From the NCBI GenBank assembly GCA_016177705.1, contig JACOUT010000009.1, positions 271,519 to 335,518 on the forward strand: 64,000 nt of DNA, in the 5' to 3' direction. Both the position numbers and the translations under genes were made by a program. The notes below the pieces were generated by a model. That model did not search any database, was not told the origin of the DNA, and saw nothing but the letters and a program-made list of their open reading frames with translations. The stretch is from Deltaproteobacteria bacterium (lineage in GTDB: Bacteria > Myxococcota > UBA727 > VGSZ01). Of this stretch, positions 57,524-64,000 are shown piece by piece; within the stretch, counting starts at the first letter, position 1; the number at the start of each line of letters is the position of its first letter.

Positions 57524-58780
57524 GTGCTGCGTCTCGCCCCCCTCCTCGCGTGCGCGCTGCCTGCCCTTGCCGCCTGTCCGCCGCCGCCGCCGCCCGTCGA
57601 GGGGCCGCTGCGCCTCACGGTCGCCGCCCCGTCGGCGCCGGCCGCCGACCCGAGCGACGCTCCCCCCGCTGACGGCGCGCTCGCCGCGACCCTGCCGGGC
57701 GACGTCGAGGTCTTCGATCTCGGCCTGCTCGGCACCAGCGGCGGGCTCACCGGCGACATCGTCGTCGAGGTGGCGTCCGGCCTCGGCGCCTTGCAGGTGC
57801 GGGTGTGGGGCCAGCCCGACGCGGTGGTGGTGCTGTGGCGGGCCGTCTCGCCAGACGGCGCCGCGGTCGTCGACGACACCGAGCCAAGCAGCCTGCCGGA
57901 GACGCACCGCGCCTTCGCGCAGGGCTTCCCGGCGCAGGTGTTCTCCATGAATCGTGTGTTCGCCTCGCCCCAGAGCGGCGCCTTCCTCGTGCCGAACACG
58001 CCGCGGGTCAGCGCCGCCGACGGCACCTGGCGTCTGGTGGTCGGGCACTTCACGCCGGGCAGCGAGGCGGCGCCGACGCCCGCCCCCCTCGACCGCCCGG
58101 TACGGGTGGTGGTGCTGGCGAGCCCCGTGCGGGAGCAGGGCAGCTTGCCGCTCAACCTCCACCTGACCGGCGCGCGCGGCCTGACGGCGGCCACCGCGCC
58201 CGATGACTCCTTCCTGCAAGACGCGCTCACGGTCATCCGCCAGAGCTACGCGCAGGCGGACATCGAGGTCGGCCCGGTCAGCTACCAGGACGCTCCCGTC
58301 GAGTGGCAGGTGGTCGACCTGGTCGACGACGTGTGCGCCGGCGGCGAGCTGTTCGACCTGCTGCGCACCGGCGCGGCGCCGTCACTCGGGCTCGACCTGT
58401 TCGTGGTCGAGGCCTTCACGTGCAGGATCGGCCCCAGCGAGGTGGGCGCCTCCATCGGGGGGCTCGCCGGCGGCCTGTCGGGCCCGGCCTTCGTGCAGGG
58501 CTCGTCGCACGCGGGCGTGGTCATCGCCACCGGCTTCGCGGCGGGCAGCGGCACGCGGCTCGGCACCGTGGCGGCCCACGAGTTGGGGCACTTCCTCGGC
58601 CTCTACCACACCCGCGAATCGAGCGTGTTCGGCGCCGACCCGATCTTCGACGAGATCGACGACACCTACGAGGACGCCGCCAGCATCCGCGACAACCTGA
58701 TGTTCTTCGCGGTCGAGGACAGCACCACGCTCACCGCCGATCAGTCGGCGGTGCTGCGCTCCCATCCGCTCGTGCAGTAA
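57524..58780 (+). CDS. Metzincin-type zinc metalloprotease lipoprotein
   Basis: Lipobox LLACALPALAAC followed by PPPPPP. Extended zinc motif HELGHFLGLYH (HExxHxxGxxH). GTG start at 57524. Confidence 0.7.
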   Translation: MLRLAPLLACALPALAACPPPPPPVEGPLRLTVAAPSAPAADPSDAPPADGALAATLPGDVEVFDLGLLGTSGGLTGDIVVEVASGLGALQVRVWGQPDAVVVLWRAVSPDGAAVVDDTEPSSLPETHRAFAQGFPAQVFSMNRVFASPQSGAFLVPNTPRVSAADGTWRLVVGHFTPGSEAAPTPAPLDRPVRVVVLASPVREQGSLPLNLHLTGARGLTAATAPDDSFLQDALTVIRQSYAQADIEVGPVSYQDAPVEWQVVDLVDDVCAGGELFDLLRTGAAPSLGLDLFVVEAFTCRIGPSEVGASIGGLAGGLSGPAFVQGSSHAGVVIATGFAAGSGTRLGTVAAHELGHFLGLYHTRESSVFGADPIFDEIDDTYEDAASIRDNLMFFAVEDSTTLTADQSAVLRSHPLVQ

Positions 58781-58792
58781 CCGCCTGCCAGC

Positions 58793-59419
58793 TCAGACGG
58801 CAGTCCAGCTCAGATCGCCGGCGCCCTCGCGCACCACCACCGGGTAGGGCCCGGTGAGATCGACCACCGACGAGGGCGGGCGATCGATGTGATCGGCGTC
58901 GACGATGGCGTCGAGCCCGTGCCCCATGTGCAGGTTGATCTCGTCGGCGTTCAGCAAGGTCTTGTGGTTGACCGTGGTCGACGTCGAGATGATGGGCTTG
59001 GCGAAGGCGCGCGCGGCCGCGAGCGTCACCGGGTGGTTGGGCACGCGGATGCCGACGGTCTTGCGCTTGCTCTGCAACACGCGCGGCACCTCCGGCGTGG
59101 CGCGCAGGATGAAGGTGTAGGGCCCCGGCAAGAGGCGCTTCATGATGCGATACGCCTCGTTCTCGACGAGCGCGTAGCGCGCGATGTCGGACAGGTCGGG
59201 CACCACGATCGACAGCAGGTGGTCGCGCTTGAGGCCCTTCAGCAGGTAGATGCGGTCGAGCGCGTGCTTGTCGAAGATGCTGCAGCCGATGCCGTAGGTG
59301 GTGTCGGTGGGGTAGGCGATGACGCCGCCACGCTCGAGGATCTCGACCGCGCGCTGGATCTTGCGCGGTTCAGGGAAGTCCTTGTTGACGACGAGCCGCA
59401 AGCAGGTCGAGTGAGCCAT
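58793..59419 (-). CDS. tsaC: L-threonylcarbamoyladenylate synthase (YrdC/TsaC/Sua5 family)
   Basis: GGVIAYPTDTTYGIGC, LKGLKRDHLLSIVV, LLPGPYTFIL, IRVPNHPV, STS...SSVVDLTG. Confidence 0.8.
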   Translation of the reverse strand: MAHSTCLRLVVNKDFPEPRKIQRAVEILERGGVIAYPTDTTYGIGCSIFDKHALDRIYLLKGLKRDHLLSIVVPDLSDIARYALVENEAYRIMKRLLPGPYTFILRATPEVPRVLQSKRKTVGIRVPNHPVTLAAARAFAKPIISTSTTVNHKTLLNADEINLHMGHGLDAIVDADHIDRPPSSVVDLTGPYPVVVREGAGDLSWTAV

Positions 59420-59519
59420 GAGTCCCTTGATTCCCGGGCGGTGTTGCCACCGGCCCGCCGTTTGCGCAACCTGGGATTGCCCGGCGCTCAGCCGCGCCTA
59501 CCGTGCCGTGGAGGTCGCC

Positions 59520-60110
59520 ATGAGCCAGCCCGAACAGGTTCCGCCCGAGCAACTTCCGCCCGAGCAGCGGCCCGCGAGCGAGGGCAAGCGCGAGGGCGAG
59601 CCGCCCCGCTTCAACCTCGAGGTGGCTGGGGAGAACGCCCAGGAGGCGGTGGCTCGGCTCAAGAAGAGCGTGCAGTACTGGGTCGATCGCGGCCGCTACA
59701 ACAAGGTGCGCATCAAGCGCGCCGGCAAGCCCGTGCTGCCCGACATCCCGGTCGGCGCGCTGGTCGCGTTCGAGGCGGCCACGTTCTTTTGGACCGGCCT
59801 GTTGCGCGCCGCGCTCGTCAACGTGGTCGGCCGCGTGTTCTTCGAGGTCGAGCTGATCAACGAGGCCGACGAGCACTACAAGAAGGGCGTCGAGCACTTT
59901 CTGGCCGGTGAGATGCGCGAGGCCGAGGAGCTGCTCGAGCGCGCGCTCAAGATCGACGAGCGGCACGCCAAGGCGCACCTGCAGATGGGCGTCTTGCACA
60001 AGGTGCAGGGCAAGGGTGACGAGGCCAAGCTGCACTTCGCGCGCGTGCTCGAGCTGGCGCCGAGCACCGACCCGGCGCGCGAGGCCGAGGTCCACCTCAA
60101 GAAGCTATGA
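59520..60110 (+). CDS. DUF4342-like domain protein with C-terminal TPR
   Basis: ATG 59520 with GGAGG upstream. VARLKKSVQYWVDRGRYNKVRIKRAGKPVLPDIPVGALVAFEA..., then TPR-like KKGVEHFLAGEMREAEELLERALKIDERHAKAHLQMGVLHKVQGKGDEA. Confidence 0.5.
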   Translation: MSQPEQVPPEQLPPEQRPASEGKREGEPPRFNLEVAGENAQEAVARLKKSVQYWVDRGRYNKVRIKRAGKPVLPDIPVGALVAFEAATFFWTGLLRAALVNVVGRVFFEVELINEADEHYKKGVEHFLAGEMREAEELLERALKIDERHAKAHLQMGVLHKVQGKGDEAKLHFARVLELAPSTDPAREAEVHLKKL

Positions 60111-60119
60111 CGCCGTCGA

Positions 60120-60851
60120 TCAGGGCGCGTCGGGCTCTTTGTCCGTGATCTTGCCCTCGGTGGGCGGCGGTGTACCGGTCGCGGGCGTAGCGCCCTGCGC
60201 CGGTGCCGGCGCGGCCGCGCCCTCCAGGTTGACCATGAACAGCGGCAGGCGGCCCACCTCCTTGCCGTCGAGGTCGACCACGTAGAAGTGCTGGCCTGCG
60301 TTCTTGAACAGGGGCGGCGGGAACTCGAGCACGTGGTCGATCTTGGGCCGGCTCCGGAAGTCGATGACGTCGGAGGCCTTGGCGACGCGCTGGTTGCGCG
60401 CGTCCACGATGGCGACGTTCATGTTCATCTCACGGCCGGCCTTGGAGGCGAGCGTCAGGCACACCTCGAAGCCGACGTTGGCCTTGGCCGGCACCTCGTC
60501 GAAGGTCCAGTCCACCAGCTTCTTCTTGTCGCGCCCGCCGGGCGTGCAGCCGAGCTTCTTGTCCTGGTTGATCCTCTCGGCGGCGAACACCTTGAGGAGC
60601 TGCACGCCCGCGTTCGGGTCGGTCTCGTCCTCCTTGGGCGCCAGGCCGGTGCCGGAGCTCTTGTTGCCGACGCCCTCGGTGGCCTTCTTCATCTCCTCGA
60701 GGTTGTTCTTGGGCGGTGGCGCGCCGAACAGGTCGTCGAAGTTGCCCGGGTCCTTGCCCTTGCCCTTGTCCTTCTTTTCGTCGGCGAGGGCAGGGGCGGC
60801 GCCGAGCGCGAGCACGAGCGCGGCGAGCAGTGGCGTGACGACGAGACGCAT
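60120..60851 (-). CDS. Secreted hypothetical protein
   Basis: Signal MRLVVTPLLAALVLALGAAPALA. Lys-rich N-region, single Cys pair, Ala/Pro/Thr tail. Normal composition only in this frame. Confidence 0.55.
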   Translation of the reverse strand: MRLVVTPLLAALVLALGAAPALADEKKDKGKGKDPGNFDDLFGAPPPKNNLEEMKKATEGVGNKSSGTGLAPKEDETDPNAGVQLLKVFAAERINQDKKLGCTPGGRDKKKLVDWTFDEVPAKANVGFEVCLTLASKAGREMNMNVAIVDARNQRVAKASDVIDFRSRPKIDHVLEFPPPLFKNAGQHFYVVDLDGKEVGRLPLFMVNLEGAAAPAPAQGATPATGTPPPTEGKITDKEPDAP

Positions 60852-60975
60852 GGGTCCTCCCCGGGGCGGTGCCTACATCATGCTACCAACAGGCACGCGC
60901 CCGCCAGGTTTCACCCGCCAGTATCTACCCGGCAGTGTACCCGGTGATCTACGACGAGGCCGCGCCGGCGGCGCT

Positions 60976-61446
60976 TCAACCGGCCTTGACGCGCGGGTCC
61001 GTCCGTTCGGCCGGCAAGCCGCCGGCTCGTCGACGATCGAGGGTGTTGCGCAGGCGCCGCGTCAGCACCTTGATAATGCCCTGCGCGATCTCGCTCTTCT
61101 CGGCGAGGATCTCGTTGAAGTCGTCGCGGTGGATCTTGAGCAGCGTCAGGTCGAGCATGGCGGAGGCCGACGCCGAGCGCGGCTCGCTGTCGAGCAGCGC
61201 CATCTCGCCGAACACCTGACGCTCGCCGAGCACCGCCAGCTCGTCGCCGCCCGTGTGGATGCGCACCTTGCCCTCGATGACGAAATAGAGCGTGTCGCCC
61301 GGGTCGCCCTCGTGGAAGACCTCGTCACCCTCTTCGAACTGCACCTCGTCGGTGATCTGCGCGATCTGCGACAGGTCCTCACCGGGGATCTGTGAAAACA
61401 GATCGATGCTCTTCAAAAACAGCACCTTCTCGACGGTACTGATCAC
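60976..61446 (-). CDS. Stand-alone cyclic-nucleotide-binding domain protein
   Basis: GTG 61446 overlaps the upstream stop (GTGA). LFLKSIDLFSQIP...GDTLYFVIEGKV...FGEMALLDSEPRSASASA. Confidence 0.75.
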   Translation of the reverse strand: MISTVEKVLFLKSIDLFSQIPGEDLSQIAQITDEVQFEEGDEVFHEGDPGDTLYFVIEGKVRIHTGGDELAVLGERQVFGEMALLDSEPRSASASAMLDLTLLKIHRDDFNEILAEKSEIAQGIIKVLTRRLRNTLDRRRAGGLPAERTDPRVKAG

Positions 61447-64000
61447 GAGGCCCTCGCCGTGGGGGGCGCAGCATCGGTGCTGGGTGGCGCTTGGTCAACT
61501 TGCGCGGCCGCCGCGGCCGCCAGCACGCGCCCTGCTTCGTGCATGAGCCACGCGCGCATTGTGCGCGGCGCCTCGTGGCTCTCTTCCTCGAGCGCGCTGA
61601 CGCGCGCGACGAACTCCTCGGTCTTTGCCAACACCGCATAGGTGCGCAGTGCGGTCTCGCGCACGATGGGGTCGGCGTGCAAGAGGTGCGGCGCCACGCG
61701 ATCCGCCAAGTGCATGAGCCCAAGCTCGCCGGCGACGTGCAGCGCGACCACCACCAGCCACGGGTCGCGGCTCACCAGGTAGTCCGCGATCCACTCGGGC
61801 GCGGTCTTGCGCTCGAGCTTGTAGATCTCGGCGCCGCGCGCCAGCACCTTGTCGCGCGGCTGCTCCTCGACGAGCGGCAACACGCGCTTCTTCTCGTCGG
61901 GCTCGAGCACGTTGTCGAGCACCTCGACGGCGTTGGCGCGCGTGGTCAGCTGTGCGCTCTTCAGGTTGGCGTGGATCAGCTCCATCGCCTTGAGCGGGTA
62001 GATGATCGAGAGCAGGCGGAAGATGCGGTCGAGGCTGCGCGCCAAACGCTCCTCGATGGCGTCGCGCAGCAGGTTTGGGCCTTCGCTGCCCGCGATGGGC
62101 TGCAGGTCGTCGAGCGCCGCCAGGTTCTGGTAGTGCTCGCGCACCTCCTCGTCGACCAGCGCGCGCACCTTGTCCTCGTCGACGCGGCGCTGCAGCTTGT
62201 CGCGCAACCGCCCGGCGGCGCGCGCGGTCTCCCGCCTCGTGTCGGGGTCGCGCACCGCCAGGTTCTGCAGCAGCACGTCGAGGCAGCGGGTGGTGCCGAT
62301 GCGCTCCAGGATGCGCGGCACCTGGCGGCGCAGCGCCGGCTCTTCGCGCTCCTGCGCCAGCACCTTGCCGAGCACCTCGACCGCGGCGTCGCCATAGCCG
62401 GCGAGCGCCTGCGCGGCGGTGCGCGCGGTGTCACGTTGCGCCAGCTTGTAGACCAGGCTCGGGATCAGCTCGGGCGACTGCATGGCGCCGGCCGCGGCCA
62501 CGGCGGCGTTCTGCACGCGCGCGCTCTTGTCGCGCATCAGCGCCCACACCGGCTGATAGAAGCTCCTGACGCCGATGTCCTTCAGCACGTTGGCGGCCTC
62601 GAAGCGGACGCCCTCGTCGAGCGAGGTCTGCATCTCCTTCAAGTGCTCGGCGGACAGCAAGATGCCCTCGAGGCCGCCGTGGCGAATCAACGACGCCACC
62701 GCGGCGCCGCGCACGGCAGGCGCGTCGCTCGCCAGGTGCGGCTTGACCACGCGCAGCGCCGGCTCGCCCACCACGGCGCAGAACGCGCGCACGGCGGCGG
62801 CGCGCACCTCGGCGTCGGTGTCCTGGAAGCGCGCCAGGATGCGCTCGTTCGCCGCCAGCGAGCTGCTCTTGCCGAGGATCTCGAGCGCGCGCACGCGCAG
62901 GTCGGCGTCCGGATGATCGAGCAAGCGCACAACCTCGGGCGTCAGGTCGTGCGCGACTACGCGGCGCGCCAGCTCGATGGCATTCCTGACTTCGGAGGTG
63001 TTGTCGGAGCCGAGCGTGCGGCGCAGCACCGCCACCGTCGCCTCGTCGGAGATGACCAGCGTGCCACCCGAGAAGTCGAGGCGACGACGGCGAAGCGTGG
63101 CCAGGAGCTGGGTGACGTACTCGCGCCGGATCAGCAGGATCAGCACAAGCCAGAGCGTGGTCAGCGTGGCGGCGACGAAGGCGAGGCTGGTGATGGGCAG
63201 CTTGAGCGGGCCGACGATGGCCACCATGGCCGCGCCCGCCACGCCGCCGGAGATGGGCTTGACGATGCCGTCGATGAAGGTTTTGGCGCGGCCGCGCACG
63301 TGGCCCGGCACCGGCGTGTAGATGACCTGCATGGTGGCGTCGTAGATCGAGTAGCGAAACGCGTTCTCGGCGCCCTTGGTGAAGATGGCGGCATGAAAAG
63401 CGCCGGCCACGCCCGCGATCATGCCGGCCATGCCGACGAGCAGCGTCGCCGGCAGCACCGCCAGGCTGGCCACGACGCCGAAGCGCTCGAGGATGCGCCC
63501 GGTGAGCCCGAGCTGCATCACCGCGGCGATGATGCCGGTGAGCGCCGAGAACGCCGCCATGAAGCCGGAGAGCGCGTCGGTGTCGACGCCGCCTGGGCCG
63601 GTGAACGCCTCCTTGGCCAGCACCTTGAACTGGTAGTCGATGAGCGGCACCGTGATGAACGTCGCCACCGTCATGCCGGCGATGATCTTGAGGTGCTTGC
63701 TGGCGAAGACGTCGTGCACCTGGCTCTTGACCTGGAACTTGGTGCGCCGCAGCCCGGGCCGGTGGCTCTGCATGACGGCGTCGGTCAGGCGCGCGCGCTC
63801 GAGGCGCCCGAGGCGCACCACCACGAAGGCCGCGACGGCGAGCATGGCCATCTGCAGGAACAGCAGGTTCTCGGTGCCGACCAGCTTGACCACGGCGGAC
63901 AAGAGCGCGCCGCACACCACGCTCGCCACCACCGCGCCGGCGCCGATGAAGGGGAACAGCCGCTTGGCCTCGCGCGACGAGAACATGTCGCCGGCGAAGG
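61443..64000 (-). CDS. TLC/Npt-type (ATP:ADP antiporter-like) membrane transporter domain fused to HEAT repeats; 5' end outside window
   Basis: The frame stays open through 64000 (…FAGDMFSSREAKRLFPFIGAGAVVAS…, which resembles the mid-protein FANxxxxxEEAKRxYPxxG motif of TLC carriers). About 7 TM helices are visible, followed by about 500 aa of HEAT-like repeats (DADLRVRALEILG, DAEVRAAAVRAF, APAVRGAAVASL, DPDTRRETARAAG, DPIVRETALRTY). Confidence 0.65.
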   Translation of the reverse strand, partial: FAGDMFSSREAKRLFPFIGAGAVVASVVCGALLSAVVKLVGTENLLFLQMAMLAVAAFVVVRLGRLERARLTDAVMQSHRPGLRRTKFQVKSQVHDVFASKHLKIIAGMTVATFITVPLIDYQFKVLAKEAFTGPGGVDTDALSGFMAAFSALTGIIAAVMQLGLTGRILERFGVVASLAVLPATLLVGMAGMIAGVAGAFHAAIFTKGAENAFRYSIYDATMQVIYTPVPGHVRGRAKTFIDGIVKPISGGVAGAAMVAIVGPLKLPITSLAFVAATLTTLWLVLILLIRREYVTQLLATLRRRRLDFSGGTLVISDEATVAVLRRTLGSDNTSEVRNAIELARRVVAHDLTPEVVRLLDHPDADLRVRALEILGKSSSLAANERILARFQDTDAEVRAAAVRAFCAVVGEPALRVVKPHLASDAPAVRGAAVASLIRHGGLEGILLSAEHLKEMQTSLDEGVRFEAANVLKDIGVRSFYQPVWALMRDKSARVQNAAVAAAGAMQSPELIPSLVYKLAQRDTARTAAQALAGYGDAAVEVLGKVLAQEREEPALRRQVPRILERIGTTRCLDVLLQNLAVRDPDTRRETARAAGRLRDKLQRRVDEDKVRALVDEEVREHYQNLAALDDLQPIAGSEGPNLLRDAIEERLARSLDRIFRLLSIIYPLKAMELIHANLKSAQLTTRANAVEVLDNVLEPDEKKRVLPLVEEQPRDKVLARGAEIYKLERKTAPEWIADYLVSRDPWLVVVALHVAGELGLMHLADRVAPHLLHADPIVRETALRTYAVLAKTEEFVARVSALEEESHEAPRTMRAWLMHEAGRVLAAAAAAQVDQAPPSTDAAPPTARAS

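Overview
This is a 64-kb, roughly 70% GC, gene-dense chromosomal segment (about 57 CDS, mostly short spacers, many ATGA/GTGA stop-start overlaps). The protein repertoire looks myxobacterial (Myxococcota); that taxonomic call is an inference. By eye I saw no rRNA, tRNA, CRISPR array, transposase, integrase or prophage genes. Gene calls rest on the supplied ORF track, third-position GC bias, RBS and signal-peptide inspection, and recognisable motifs; no searches were run. Contents: (1) Positions 1-12976 hold a contiguous Glt/Nfs-type trans-envelope machine locus (gliding-motility / spore-coat family). It comprises two OM barrels, a TPR protein, giant TPR GltD-like, TPR lipoprotein GltE-like, two small secreted paralogs, FHA/TonB-like GltG-like, an FHA-less GltG paralog and another OM barrel. 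A YbgC-type thioesterase and glpX follow. (2) Housekeeping genes are scattered through the window: typA/bipA, a UvrD-family helicase, psd, plsB, dut, purB, tsaC, scoAB, an Rsm22-like methyltransferase and an MBL hydrolase. (3) There are many signalling genes. These are a hybrid HK-REC-Hpt kinase with a translationally coupled mini-receiver, a PP2C-cNMP phosphatase next to an FHA-GGDEF cyclase, a zinc-ribbon Ser/Thr kinase with an FGE-sulfatase ectodomain, and a stand-alone cNMP-binding protein behind a TLC/HEAT transporter-like gene. (4) Many predicted envelope proteins are present: Cys-rich lipoproteins, a 7xIPT/TIG + FG-GAP lipoprotein, an S1 protease, a metzincin, a vWA/MYXO-CTERM protein coupled to a TSP3-OmpA protein, and DUF4013 paralogs. 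The best candidates for uncharacterised biology are a three-gene module at 43865-46126 (two single-pass proteins sharing a C-terminal RRR + zinc-ribbon tail, plus a Cys-rich lipoprotein), the PP2C-cNMP / FHA-GGDEF pair, the mini-receiver, and tandem repeats in intercistronic spacers of the glt-like cluster. One of those repeats is a 4 x 15-bp array in which every unit starts with an in-frame TGA. Nothing here is demonstrably a new system from sequence alone.
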